Origin: Pseudomonadota bacterium
Lineage (GTDB): Bacteria; Pseudomonadota; Alphaproteobacteria; Sphingomonadales; Sphingomonadaceae
Length of the DNA: 64,000 bases
Reading direction: 5' to 3'
NCBI GenBank assembly: GCA_040388865.1
Contig: JAZKBB010000008.1
Location: 21,663-85,662 of the forward strand
Made by a program: the position numbers and the translations under genes
The notes under the pieces: model-generated
What the model was told of the DNA's origin: nothing
The model's database searches: none
Seen by the model: the letters and a program-made list of their open reading frames with translations, nothing else
Shown: positions 10,129-19,847 of the stretch, one piece after another
Layout: each line of letters starts with the position of its first letter
Position numbering within the stretch: the first letter of the stretch is position 1

Positions 10129-12708
10129 GTGGGAAAGTTTCGATCATCGACGGCGTTGGCCGTACTGGCGCTTGCGAGCGCAACGGCGGCAGTTGCGCAG
10201 CCACAGGATCGCTTCACCTTTGACTTGCCGACAGAAGCTCTGTCTCAGGCGCTGCGCGATGTCGCCGTGCGCAGCGGCCGCAATGTCATTGCGCCAGCCG
10301 AGCTCGTCGGGAATCGGCAGGCATCTCCGCTGACGGGCACCTTCACCGCGGAGGCGGCGGTGGCGCGACTGCTTGCGGGAACGGGCCTGCGCTATCGGCT
10401 GGTGGAGGGAACGCTCGTCGTCGAGCGGGCCCCTTTAGAAGTGGCAGATGACGCGCCGGCCAGGGCTAGCGCGCAGGACATCGTTGTTACCGGTACGCAT
10501 GTCCGCGGCGCGTCGCCAACGTCGCCGCTCATTGTCCTCACGCGCAAGGACATCGACCGGACTGGCGCCACGGCGGTCGACGAACTGATGCGAACGTTGC
10601 CGCAAAACAGCGAGAGCGGCGTCAACAAAGAGAATACGCTCATCTCGCTGCCCGACGTCGATCCAAGCGACCATGGCTCGGCGCTTAACCTGCGCGGACT
10701 TGGTCAGCGGGCCACCTTGGTGTTGCTCGACGGTCGACGGCTCGCTCCAAGCGGCACCGGCGGCTTCGTCGACGTTTCAATGATCCCGCTGAGCGCGATC
10801 GAACGCGTGGACGTGCTGACCGACGGCGCCTCGGCCATTTACGGGTCGGATGCCGTCGGCGGCGTCGTCAATTTCGTCCTTCGCGACCATTTCAACGGGT
10901 TCGAAACCACGGCGAGGGTCGGAACGACCACCGATGGCGGAGGATCGCAAGTCGTGCTCTCGCAGGCGGCGGGCAAGGCCTGGGGCTCGGGTCATGCCCT
11001 GCTCGCATATGAGTTCCGGCTCGAGGACGAGGTCAAGGCAGGGCAACGAGCGTTCACGATCAACGAACCCTCCAAGACGTTTCTTCTACCGCACGAACGC
11101 AAGAACAGCCTGATCGGAACGGTCGAACAGGACCTTGCGCCGAGTCTGCGCGCGAAACTCACTGCAACTTATTCCAGACGCCGGACCGATCGGACCGTCT
11201 TCCAGGCCGGCTCACCATTGCCGGTAATGGTCAATGCAAAGGCCAGGCAGGGGACGCTCGCCGCCGAGCTTGCTTATGACCTGCCCAAAAATTGGTTGCT
11301 TACCCTCGACGGCAATTACGCGCGGACGACCACCGCCCAGATCCAGACGCAGCCCGGCGGAACACCGATCGTCAACGACCGCGATGTCCGAAGCTCGGTC
11401 GCGGGCAGCGAGTTGCATCTCGATGGCCCGCTGGTCGACCTTCCAGGAGGCGCTGTCCGGGTCGCGCTCGGCGGCGAGATCCGGAAGGAAACCTTCCACC
11501 AGGTCTTCGGATCATCCGCGTTTGCCTCCGACACGACGTCGGCGCGGCGAAGCGTAGCATCTGTCTATGGCGAGCTTGCCATACCGGTGTTTTCGCCAGC
11601 CAATCGTCGTCCCGGGCTGGAGGTACTGCAGCTGTCGGCGGCGGCGCGCTACGATCGCTATTCGCACACCGGGTCGAGCTTCGATCCGAAGGTCGGTCTG
11701 CTATGGTCACCGCTGGCGGGCCTCAACGTGCGCGGTTCCTACAGCACCTCGTTCCGAGCTCCCTTGCTGTCCGAGACGACCGGCGCTTATGGCGGCATCC
11801 TCGACCCGGCCTATTTCTTCTTCACCGATCCGTCGCAGGCCCCGCCGGGTTCCATCCTGCTGTTTCTCCAGGGCAGCAACCCCAACGTCAAACCCGAGAC
11901 GTCTCGCAATTGGACCCTGGGCGCAGACTTGTCGCCCGGCTTGGCGCCTGGGCTCAAGCTGACTGCGAATTATTATTCGATCCGCTACTCCAACCGGATC
12001 GCAATGCCGACCTCGACGGTGGTGGTCGTCGGCAACCCCGCCTACAATTCAATCGTCGAGTTCAATCCCGATCCGACCGCGCTAGCGGCTGTTCTGGCCG
12101 GCACCCAATTCCTCGACGACTTTACCGGTCCGGGTTTCACCAACGGCCACGCGACGGCGAACGACGTCTATGTGGTGCTGGACGACAGGGTGACCAACAC
12201 CGCTTTCACGGCAACCAGCGGTCTCGACCTTGGTCTTCGCTATGCGTTCAAGGCCGGCGACAACCACTTCGTGGCCGATGCGAACCTCACGCACATCTTC
12301 AAGTTCGAGGACCAGCTGAGACCGGACAGTCCGGTCATCGACGAACTCAATCATCCCTATCAGTCGCTGCGCTGGCGGGCACGGGGCGGAATCAACTGGG
12401 CCAACGGCGGCTGGGGCGGCGGCCTGTTCGTCAACTATGCCGGGCATTACGTGGACAACCGCACGTCCGTCACCGCGCCCGTCAAGGCCTACGCTACCGT
12501 CGATGCGACGCTGTCCTACAGCTTCCCGACGAGCGCTCGGCAGTCGCTTCGGGGCACCACGATTTCGCTTTATGCGGAGAACCTGCTGGACACAGATCCT
12601 CCTTTTCTCGCGCCGGACCAAGGGCGGTCGACCGCCATCGGCTACGATCCGGTGAATGCATCCGCGCGCGGACGCTTCGTCGCCGTCCAGCTGAGGAGAG
12701 GTTGGTGA
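10129..12708 (+). CDS. TonB-dependent receptor with N-terminal signalling (STN) domain
   Basis: Signal peptide, FDLPTEALSQAL STN domain, TonB-box-like DIVVTGT, plug LSAIERVDVLTDGASAIYGSDAVGGVVN, C-terminal W. Confidence 0.92.
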   Translation: MGKFRSSTALAVLALASATAAVAQPQDRFTFDLPTEALSQALRDVAVRSGRNVIAPAELVGNRQASPLTGTFTAEAAVARLLAGTGLRYRLVEGTLVVERAPLEVADDAPARASAQDIVVTGTHVRGASPTSPLIVLTRKDIDRTGATAVDELMRTLPQNSESGVNKENTLISLPDVDPSDHGSALNLRGLGQRATLVLLDGRRLAPSGTGGFVDVSMIPLSAIERVDVLTDGASAIYGSDAVGGVVNFVLRDHFNGFETTARVGTTTDGGGSQVVLSQAAGKAWGSGHALLAYEFRLEDEVKAGQRAFTINEPSKTFLLPHERKNSLIGTVEQDLAPSLRAKLTATYSRRRTDRTVFQAGSPLPVMVNAKARQGTLAAELAYDLPKNWLLTLDGNYARTTTAQIQTQPGGTPIVNDRDVRSSVAGSELHLDGPLVDLPGGAVRVALGGEIRKETFHQVFGSSAFASDTTSARRSVASVYGELAIPVFSPANRRPGLEVLQLSAAARYDRYSHTGSSFDPKVGLLWSPLAGLNVRGSYSTSFRAPLLSETTGAYGGILDPAYFFFTDPSQAPPGSILLFLQGSNPNVKPETSRNWTLGADLSPGLAPGLKLTANYYSIRYSNRIAMPTSTVVVVGNPAYNSIVEFNPDPTALAAVLAGTQFLDDFTGPGFTNGHATANDVYVVLDDRVTNTAFTATSGLDLGLRYAFKAGDNHFVADANLTHIFKFEDQLRPDSPVIDELNHPYQSLRWRARGGINWANGGWGGGLFVNYAGHYVDNRTSVTAPVKAYATVDATLSYSFPTSARQSLRGTTISLYAENLLDTDPPFLAPDQGRSTAIGYDPVNASARGRFVAVQLRRGW

Positions 12709-14729
12709 GGTCAGTCCGACGCCGGATTGCGTCAGCCGCGCTTGCGTCAGCCGTTGCCTCGCTGTCCTCCGTGGCGAGCGCGCGGATCGGCCCGACGCTT
12801 CGCGAACTCGTCGAGGTCGCCGACATCGAGACGCTCGCTACCTCGCCGGACGGACGCGAAATCGCCTTCCGCCTACAACGCCCGTCGGTAGTGGCGAATA
12901 GCTATCGCATCGATTGGTATGTTGCCGAGATATCGAGTGGGCGGGTCCGCCGCGTCGCCGACGGCGGCGCTCCGATCTACACCAACGGGCAAATTGAGAA
13001 CGAAGCCCCGGTGTGGGCGCCCGACAGCCGGTCCTTCGTCCGTCGAGCGCTGGTCGACCAAAAGATCGGGTTATGGCGCACTGCGGCGGACGGCTCGGGC
13101 AGTCGACTCGTCGTCGGAGGCCCGGCCGATGTCGAGAGCCTTGTCGCCGATCTCGGAGGAAAGACCTTTTCTTATGTGACGGGACCCACGAGGGCGGAAA
13201 TCGAGGACGGTGAGCGAAAGGAATATGACGAAGGGGTCCTGATCGACCCAAGCATCGACACCCTGCAGAACCTCTACCGTGGTGGCTGGGAACATGGCCG
13301 GCTCGCCAGCGAGCGGCTGACCGGCCGTTGGTACGCCCGTGCCGGCCTGTTGTGGCGCGCTTCGCGTGTTCGGCACCGCGTCGATCTGGCGACGATGCGC
13401 GAGCTTGGATCCGGCGCCGTTCCGGTTCAGGCGCCGGGAGCACTCACCCAGTCTTACACCGCGCCGCCGCTGACCGCGCGAGCGGCGTCGGGTGCACTGG
13501 TGACCGTCGTGGGCACGGCCGATAAGCAATATCTGGAGGCACGGGACGCTCAGGGGGCCATCGTGGCCTGCCGAATTGGCCCCTGCTCGGACCGGATCTC
13601 GTGGATCGGCTGGCAGAGCGATGACGTGCTCTTTGCCCGGCGGGACGATCATTTCAGGCAGACCCTCTATCTGTGGAACCCTCGCAGCGGTAGACTGCGC
13701 CGGCTCGCCGGCGATGACCGGCAGTTGAGCGGCGGTCGGTCGGGCAGCGAGCCCTGCGCGATCACGAAATCCTTTGTGGTCTGTGTCGAAGCGGGGTCCG
13801 TGTCGCCACCGCGCCTGGTTCGCATCGCCCTTGTTGACGGCCGTGAGACGAGTCTCTTCGATCCCAATACCGACCTCCGGCGGCAGACCCGCCCCCTGGT
13901 CGAGCAGCTGGCGTACAGGCTCGGTGACGGGCGTGAAGCGACTGGAACTCTGCTTTATCGGCCTGGTCCGTTGCCGGCCAAAGCGCCACTCTTCGTCACA
14001 TACTATTCCTGTGCCGGCTATCTGCGAGGAGGAACTGGCGATCCGTTTCCGCTCGAACCCTTGGTCGATTCTGGATTCATTGTTGCCTGCCTTAACATCG
14101 TCCCGTTCGCGGCGTGGGGCGAAGGTCCCGATCGCGATAGGGATGCCCTTGCAAGCGTGTCGGCATTGGTAGCCCTGCTCGACCGCCGCGGATGGATCGA
14201 TCCGGCGCGGGTCGGAATGGGCGGGTTCAGCATGGGCAGTGAGGCGGCGATGTGGGTCGCCATGAACAGCAAGCTGCTGGCGGCCGCAGCGGTCGTTTCG
14301 GCCCAATATGAGCCCACCGATTATTGGATGGAGGCGATGCGCGGTAGCCACATCCCTCAGGAACTCCGGGAATTTCAGCAGGCTGGACCGCCGGACCAGG
14401 ACCCCGAACGGTGGAAGACGATCTCCCCGGCGCTCAATACCGAGCGCATCAAGGCCCCGTTACTGATGCAGATGTCGGAACAGGAGTTCCGTGGCGGCAT
14501 CGAGCTATTCAGCCGCTTGAGCAACACCACCACACCCGTCGAGATGTATGCCTTCCCCGACGAGGCGCACATCAAGATCCAGCCCCGGCACCAATATGCG
14601 ATCTATCGGCGCAACCTCGGCTGGTTCCGATACTGGCTTCAGGGCCATGTGGATCCAGACTCCGCCCTCGCGCCGCAATATCAACGGTGGGCATTGCTTC
14701 GCCGGCGTCAGCAAGGGTCAGCCGAATGA
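12705..14729 (+). CDS. Atxe2-family lasso peptide isopeptidase (S9 prolyl-oligopeptidase fold)
   Basis: GTG overlaps the TBDR stop (GTGA). Signal peptide, nucleophile GFSMG, PDEAHIKIQPRHQYAIYRRNLGWFRYWL. Lasso context. Confidence 0.88.
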   Translation: MRSVRRRIASAALASAVASLSSVASARIGPTLRELVEVADIETLATSPDGREIAFRLQRPSVVANSYRIDWYVAEISSGRVRRVADGGAPIYTNGQIENEAPVWAPDSRSFVRRALVDQKIGLWRTAADGSGSRLVVGGPADVESLVADLGGKTFSYVTGPTRAEIEDGERKEYDEGVLIDPSIDTLQNLYRGGWEHGRLASERLTGRWYARAGLLWRASRVRHRVDLATMRELGSGAVPVQAPGALTQSYTAPPLTARAASGALVTVVGTADKQYLEARDAQGAIVACRIGPCSDRISWIGWQSDDVLFARRDDHFRQTLYLWNPRSGRLRRLAGDDRQLSGGRSGSEPCAITKSFVVCVEAGSVSPPRLVRIALVDGRETSLFDPNTDLRRQTRPLVEQLAYRLGDGREATGTLLYRPGPLPAKAPLFVTYYSCAGYLRGGTGDPFPLEPLVDSGFIVACLNIVPFAAWGEGPDRDRDALASVSALVALLDRRGWIDPARVGMGGFSMGSEAAMWVAMNSKLLAAAAVVSAQYEPTDYWMEAMRGSHIPQELREFQQAGPPDQDPERWKTISPALNTERIKAPLLMQMSEQEFRGGIELFSRLSNTTTPVEMYAFPDEAHIKIQPRHQYAIYRRNLGWFRYWLQGHVDPDSALAPQYQRWALLRRRQQGSAE

Positions 14730-16415
14730 CCGCAGCCATTGCTCGGCAGACGCGATCTCGAGGACGCGGACATAGATATTGTCACTGGGTTGCCCGGGGC
14801 GGTCGAGGTATCGTGCCAGAGCGGGGACATCGATGATGCCCTGCTCAGCCAGGCGCCCCGACAGGAGATCGTCGCGAAGCTCCCCGCGCAACGCAGCGAA
14901 ACCCTTTACGAACACGCTTTGAAGGCTGCCCTTGCCCCGGCGATCGAGAATAGCGTCCGGCAGACTCCCGCGGAACGCAGCGCGGGCGACCGCGCGGTCG
15001 CGCCCGCCCTCCAGCCATAGCCAGGAGCGGATCCGCAAGCATGTTTCCACGATTGGCTGGGTGATCAGGGGGTGAAGATTGCATGGCTGTCCCGCGACCG
15101 GATCGACGAGGAAATGGTGGACGCCTGCGATCATCCGGAGATGGTCGGCGCTGCCGGGAAGCATCGCGCCGAGCGATTCAAGCCAGGGATGCGGATCGGG
15201 CACCTGCGGAAGTGACGACGCGAGAAAGCTGTCGTCCGCCGCCCAGCGGAGGGAGTCTCGTCGGCGAGCCCGGCGGAATGCCGATGCCGCTGCCGTCCAG
15301 ACAGTGCAGCCGTGGCGGGCGGCGAGGTTTCGAATTGCGCTTACGCCTTCCGCTAGGCCGCACAGGCGAAACGCATCGATTGCCGGAGCTGCCGAACTGA
15401 TCGAGGCGAACACATTGTCGCCCCCGCCGCCGTCAAGCAGCAGCGCGTCGGGTCCGGCGGCGGCGCACTGGGCGGAGCGGAGGGCTTGGAGTAGGGGACT
15501 CAGCGGCCGTTGTAAGGGTCCGCTCGAGGTTCGAACCGACAGGTCCACATCCGTTTCGCGGAGCTCGGACAGGTCGATCTCCAGGCGTTGTGCTACCTGG
15601 CCGGCGTAGCGCCGCTCGTCCCCGTCCGCCGAACGGGTGGAGAAGGTGATCGCGCGATAGTCGACGCCGCCCTCGGATAGCGCCGCCGCGACGATCGAAG
15701 AATCGAGTCCGCCCGACAGTTGCAGGACGATATTCGCTTGTCCTTCGCCAAGCCGTTGCACCGACTGCCGGACCGTTTCCCCGAGGAGCGACACGGCCTG
15801 GTGGAAGTCGGTGATGCCGGACTCGCGCGAGACAAAGGCGGTCGGGGACCAGGCCTGCCGAATCCGCTCGCCGCCGCTTCCGACGTCACGGGCAAGGCCC
15901 GGGAGCAACTCGCTCACCGCTGCGCAACCCGTTCTGGATGTTCGCAGGAACGGGAATCTCAGCCAGTGGCGCACCGCGTCAAGGTTGGGTCGAAAGGGTT
16001 CCGGCCAGGCCAGGCTGAGCATCTCCGCGTCGCTCGCATAGAGATCCAGGCCGCCGGCCGCGCCATAATAGACTGGGATTGCGCCCGACGGATCGCGAAG
16101 GACGGAATGCCCGTCGCTTCGACTAGTGAGCAGCACGTAGGTGCCCCAGAAATCACGAACGCAGGCGCGCTCGAGGCCCTCCCAGTCGGGAAGCGACGTC
16201 AGTGCGCGGTTCGCGGATCGATCGAAAACCAGCCCGACCGCGATCGCGGTTCCGGCCTTGTTCCAGAGCAACGGAGTGCCGGCGTCGATCCATACGGAAA
16301 GCGAGGCTGTGGACGGGCCCTCGACCAGTGCGCCGCAGCGGTTGTGCGTCAGATCGCTCGCCAGCGCCCGGCGGGCATCTGCCGGACCGGCCGCGGCGAG
16401 AAACCGAAGCTTCAT
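14718..16415 (-). CDS. Lasso peptide cyclase (C protein, asparagine-synthetase-like)
   Basis: RDPSGAIP, LSGGLDSS PP-loop, LDGGGGDNVF, RDRAVARAAF..LP..I..RRGKG. Confidence 0.92.
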   Translation of the reverse strand: MKLRFLAAAGPADARRALASDLTHNRCGALVEGPSTASLSVWIDAGTPLLWNKAGTAIAVGLVFDRSANRALTSLPDWEGLERACVRDFWGTYVLLTSRSDGHSVLRDPSGAIPVYYGAAGGLDLYASDAEMLSLAWPEPFRPNLDAVRHWLRFPFLRTSRTGCAAVSELLPGLARDVGSGGERIRQAWSPTAFVSRESGITDFHQAVSLLGETVRQSVQRLGEGQANIVLQLSGGLDSSIVAAALSEGGVDYRAITFSTRSADGDERRYAGQVAQRLEIDLSELRETDVDLSVRTSSGPLQRPLSPLLQALRSAQCAAAGPDALLLDGGGGDNVFASISSAAPAIDAFRLCGLAEGVSAIRNLAARHGCTVWTAAASAFRRARRRDSLRWAADDSFLASSLPQVPDPHPWLESLGAMLPGSADHLRMIAGVHHFLVDPVAGQPCNLHPLITQPIVETCLRIRSWLWLEGGRDRAVARAAFRGSLPDAILDRRGKGSLQSVFVKGFAALRGELRDDLLSGRLAEQGIIDVPALARYLDRPGQPSDNIYVRVLEIASAEQWLRSFG

Positions 16416-17068
16416 TCCACCACCAGGATCGGGGTGTAGGGGGCGACCCGGTCGGCAGCATCATTGAGAACGATGTCGCCATGCTGAACCCAACAATGGG
16501 CGGCGAATGGGTCGAGACGGACGCCAAGCACGAGCGACGATGGTGCGTCGTGCGCGGCCAACCAGTCGTGAAGCGCCAGGGAATCTTGAAGGCAGACTGG
16601 CTTGATCGGCACTAGCGCACGCGCGCGGAGGAATCTTTGTGCGAGCGCCAGCGTCGCGGCGTGCGGTCCTTTGGAAGTCTTGGCAGGAGTCCGGCGTCGC
16701 TTGGCGATCACCGTTTCGAGTGGCTGTTGGCGAACGCCACGATGATATCGGACCGCTAGAAACAGGATCTGGATAAGATCGCGGAGCGCCGGCCTGGCGC
16801 CGTCGTCCGGCAGGTCGCGCTCGGGCGCTCCAATCGTCGCCGACCGGATTCTCAGCGGTTCGGGCGACCGCGCGAACAGGCCTGTCGCGAGCAGCGTCTC
16901 CGTGCGCTCGTCGCTGCACTGGCAATCGGCATCGGCGCGCAGATCGGCGAACGCTTCGGCGGCCGCTTCGTCGAGCGCGAAATAGCGATCACGACGAACG
17001 TCGAGGAAAATCGCCCGGTCGTCGACCAACGCGAAACTGACGTGAAGCTGGAGCCGAAGGTGATTCAT
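16412..17068 (-). CDS. Lasso peptide B protein (fused RRE + leader peptidase)
   Basis: N-terminal IFLDVRRDRYF, Cys in PVCLQDSLAL, PFAAHCWVQ...VLND (Cys-His-Asp triad). ATG at 17068. Confidence 0.92.
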   Translation of the reverse strand: MNHLRLQLHVSFALVDDRAIFLDVRRDRYFALDEAAAEAFADLRADADCQCSDERTETLLATGLFARSPEPLRIRSATIGAPERDLPDDGARPALRDLIQILFLAVRYHRGVRQQPLETVIAKRRRTPAKTSKGPHAATLALAQRFLRARALVPIKPVCLQDSLALHDWLAAHDAPSSLVLGVRLDPFAAHCWVQHGDIVLNDAADRVAPYTPILVVE

Positions 17069-17075
17069 GAATCGA

Positions 17076-17101
17076 AGCGCGGGGGCTCTCGCCCCCGCGC
17101 T
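17076..17101 (-). terminator. Stem-loop between precursor A1 and B gene
   Basis: Perfect 11-bp stem AGCGCGGGGGC-TCTC-GCCCCCGCGCT. Such hairpins are typical between A and B genes of proteobacterial lasso clusters. Confidence 0.75.
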
Positions 17102-17108
17102 AGCCAAC

Positions 17109-17237
17109 TTACCGGTCGGAAAGGCCGGTCACATAGAAGCCGTGCAGCTCGGAGTTGCCGACGATCGCCGGGCCGAGCGTGTCCTTGCTCGCCGTTCCGA
17201 GCACGGCCAGCTTCTTGCTCTTCTGTTCGCGTTTCAT
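17109..17237 (-). CDS. Lasso peptide precursor A1 (42 aa; core GPAIVGNSELHGFYVTGLSDR)
   Basis: Manual translation MKREQKSKKLAVLGTASKDTL|GPAIVGNSELHGFYVTGLSDR*. AAGGAG SD, leader LGxASxxT motif with Thr at -2, Gly1 and Glu9. Confidence 0.93.
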   Translation of the reverse strand: MKREQKSKKLAVLGTASKDTLGPAIVGNSELHGFYVTGLSDR

Positions 17238-17344
17238 GTTGTCTCTCCTTCCGCTGCATTGGGTCGCAGCGGTCGAAGGCTAGGGTCGAAGGCTGAAGAT
17301 ACGAAATCTATACGGCTGGTATTTTCCGATTGTTCGGGAGAGAG

Positions 17345-17376
17345 AAGCGACGCGGCCTTTGAAAGCCGCGCCGCTT
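17345..17376 (-). terminator. Stem-loop downstream of precursor A2
   Basis: AAGCG-A-CGCGGC...GCCGCG-C-CGCTT inverted repeat (G:U pair on the minus strand) starting 4 nt after the A2 stop. Confidence 0.6.
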
Positions 17377-17380
17377 TGGC

Positions 17381-17521
17381 TCAGTCGTTGCTGATGCCGG
17401 TCTTTCGCCAGAACCCCATCGGCTCGGGAACGTCGGCGATCGGCAAACCCAATGTGTCTGCGCTGGCGATTCCAAGCTGGATCAGCTTTGCACTCGGGCG
17501 GCGACATTTTCTCGCTTGCAC
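17381..17521 (-). CDS. Lasso peptide precursor A2 (46 aa; core GLPIADVPEPMGFWRKTGISND)
   Basis: Manual translation from GTG: MQARKCRRPSAKLIQLGIASADTL|GLPIADVPEPMGFWRKTGISND*. GAGGAG SD 7 nt upstream, Thr at -2, Gly1, Glu9, GIS.D tail. Confidence 0.9.
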   Translation of the reverse strand: MQARKCRRPSAKLIQLGIASADTLGLPIADVPEPMGFWRKTGISND

Positions 17522-17599
17522 GGTTCGTCTCCTCACGCTGCAGGATGCAGCGCGTTGAGGCTAGAAACTCGGCTCGAATATACGAAGCGAATAGACCAG

Positions 17600-18232
17600 C
17601 TATAGAGCGTTTGTTTTCGGCTCCGACAGAACCGCCAGCAGCTCCGGCACGAGCCGCTCGCGTCGCCGATGATATCGGACAAGGCTTGTCCGAAGAGCCC
17701 GCCGGTCACGCGCCTGCAGTGCTCGCACGATCTCGTCCGTTTCGGCCTCGGTCCCGTCTAGGAAGAGTTGCTCAAGTCGCCTGATCGGCTCGAGCCTCTC
17801 GCTGACGGCTTCGAACGCGTTCACATATTCAGGATTGCCCGTCATGCGGGCGAGAGTGACAAACACTGCATTCTGGCGCTGAAGCAGGGACTCACCCGCC
17901 GGGGCGTCAGAGATCATGATGTCGTCGGACAATCGATTTGTCTCTTGCTTCATGACCGCGAGCAGCAGCAGATCGCGATGCCACGCATAAAGGTGGCGGA
18001 GCATCGTTTCGGTCAGCATGGGAACGCGAAATCCTTCATGACGCGGTGCTTCCACCAGCCGCTCGCCTGTCAGCCGGTGAAGCGCGTCGCGTACCGGCGT
18101 GACGCTGGCGTTGAGCTCGTCCGAGAGGAGTGCCGGCTCGAGCCGCTCGCCCGGCCGGTACATTCCCTCACGAAGCCGCTGTCGGATCGCCGCATAGACG
18201 CGATCGAAGGTTCCCGGCGGCGTCACGAACAA
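17600..18232 (-). CDS. GntR-family transcriptional regulator (lasso-cluster associated)
   Basis: wHTH RVYAAIRQRLREGMYRPGERL...SVTPVRDALHRL. Start may be GTG 18226. Confidence 0.88.
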   Translation of the reverse strand: MFVTPPGTFDRVYAAIRQRLREGMYRPGERLEPALLSDELNASVTPVRDALHRLTGERLVEAPRHEGFRVPMLTETMLRHLYAWHRDLLLLAVMKQETNRLSDDIMISDAPAGESLLQRQNAVFVTLARMTGNPEYVNAFEAVSERLEPIRRLEQLFLDGTEAETDEIVRALQARDRRALRTSLVRYHRRRERLVPELLAVLSEPKTNAL

Positions 18233-18238
18233 TGGCTC

Positions 18239-19138
18239 TCACGCGGCCGCAGCCGGCTCCGGCCAGTGCTGCTCGCGAACGAACTCGGCCATGAGCGCTT
18301 CCTGGTCGGGCCGGAGCGCATCCGTGGCCGCGAACCGTTCGGGAATGTGCTGCTGGAGGAGCACCGACGGGCATTGCCCTTCATAATTGCCGAGGTTCGG
18401 CCGATGCTGCTGGTACCCGACCAAGGCCGCAAGCTCGGGGCTAAAGCCGCGGGCAATCTCCGGCGGATAGGCGAGCCACTGATTCTCATAGGGTTTGAGC
18501 CAGCCGAGGCAGTAGCTGACGATCGCCCCGCGGCGGACCTCGTCGCTCGCATTGCCGCCGGCCCCGTGGAGCGTGGAGCCGAGGAACAAAAGCGCCGAAC
18601 CGGGCTCGATCTCGACCGGGAACTCGCCGGACGGCGGTCCGGGGTCGAGCGCACGTTTCGCGTGGCTGTTCGGCCAGATGATGGTGGCGCCGTTCTCGCG
18701 GGTGTAGCGGGTGAACGGCCACATCACATTGACCAGATATTCGGTCTCCCCGATGGCGCCGCGCCACATGTCCTGGTCGCGGTGGGGCAACTGCGGCGGC
18801 GCGCCCGGATGAAGCGCCAGGGCCTGGGTGAGATTGAGCTGGATGGTGTCGCACCACGGCTCCATCACCCGCCGGGAGATTCCGAGGATCAATGGGTGCT
18901 GGACGATCTTGCGAGCGAGGGGCGAGCGCGCGAGCAGCCGGCCGAACCTCTTGGTGCGCGTGCCATAGAAGCCGCCGTTGCAGAACGGCGTATCGCGGAA
19001 ATCGGCAGCCAGATCGGTGTCGAGGGCGTCGATCAGCTGTGGCGAGACCGCATTGGGAATGACGCACCAGCCCTGCTCGAGCAGCAGCCTGGTCCAGCAC
19101 TCGATTTGGGGACCAAGGCCCGGCTTCAGATCACTCAT
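18239..19138 (-). CDS. Phytanoyl-CoA dioxygenase (PhyH) family Fe(II)/2OG enzyme
   Basis: HRDQD (HxD) motif, TLHGAGGN, R in DEVRRG, LGWLKPYENQWL. Confidence 0.9.
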   Translation of the reverse strand: MSDLKPGLGPQIECWTRLLLEQGWCVIPNAVSPQLIDALDTDLAADFRDTPFCNGGFYGTRTKRFGRLLARSPLARKIVQHPLILGISRRVMEPWCDTIQLNLTQALALHPGAPPQLPHRDQDMWRGAIGETEYLVNVMWPFTRYTRENGATIIWPNSHAKRALDPGPPSGEFPVEIEPGSALLFLGSTLHGAGGNASDEVRRGAIVSYCLGWLKPYENQWLAYPPEIARGFSPELAALVGYQQHRPNLGNYEGQCPSVLLQQHIPERFAATDALRPDQEALMAEFVREQHWPEPAAAA

Positions 19139-19153
19139 TGTTGCACCCTCCTC

Positions 19154-19774
19154 TCAGGCGGCTTGTGGGATTCGGACTCCGCCCTCGGCGAGGTCCCAGA
19201 TTCCATTGGCGGCAAGCAGGTCCGGTGTGTCGGACCGGATCTCGATCGCGAGCGCGCCGAGCATCCCGCACTCGAGCTTCGCAGGCACGCCGAGCGGCCG
19301 GCAGTCCCAGCCAAAGGCAAGGATCTGCTGGAGCCAGCCCATCTCCGCGACTCCCGTATAAGTGTGAATGCCCACCTCGAGCGCGTACCAGGCCAGCGCC
19401 GTCACCAGTTGGTTGCGCGTTTGCCGCCGCAGCGCCGCATTCTGGCGGCGCGACAGACAGAAACGCGTGATCTCGGCTACGGCACGCCCGGCCGGCGGTG
19501 GCGCCGCGCAGAGGTCGGCGAACAGGGTGCCGAGGATGTGGGGCCGAGTGGTTGGCAGCAGTCGCGCCGAGCCGAGATGGTCGCCGTTCTCGTCAGCGAT
19601 GATAATGTAGTTTGCGTGGCTGTCGTCGAACTGGTCGAGCTCGAACCGGCCGTCGAGCACGGGCACGTTCCATTTCAACAGGTCGACGAAGACGCTCTTG
19701 CGATCCTCGAACATGGTTCGCAGCGTGCGATCGCTGCAGGGTTCCACACATCCATCTTCGACGACGATTCCCAT
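19154..19774 (-). CDS. luxI: Acyl-homoserine-lactone synthase
   Basis: RKSVFVDLLKW, ELDQFD, GSARLLPT, EITRFC conserved LuxI residues. GAGGAG SD. Confidence 0.9.
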   Translation of the reverse strand: MGIVVEDGCVEPCSDRTLRTMFEDRKSVFVDLLKWNVPVLDGRFELDQFDDSHANYIIIADENGDHLGSARLLPTTRPHILGTLFADLCAAPPPAGRAVAEITRFCLSRRQNAALRRQTRNQLVTALAWYALEVGIHTYTGVAEMGWLQQILAFGWDCRPLGVPAKLECGMLGALAIEIRSDTPDLLAANGIWDLAEGGVRIPQAA

Positions 19775-19847
19775 TCACTTGTCTCCTCAGATCGGGAGCA
19801 AGCATCGCCGGGTGGAACCGGGCGCGATATACCAAGGAATGGGGGTG

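Noticed and set aside
11292-12704. N-terminal 471 codons of the 1145-aa ORF
   Set aside because: Alternate-frame overlap with the TBDR. The real isopeptidase begins at GTG 12705 with a signal peptide.
17065-17558. ORF-track calls 17065-17259, 17280-17507 and 17067-17558
   Set aside because: Wrong frames or strand over the two true lasso precursors.
19775-19847. Possible lux box upstream of luxI
   Set aside because: Only a weak imperfect dyad is visible; cannot be supported by eye.
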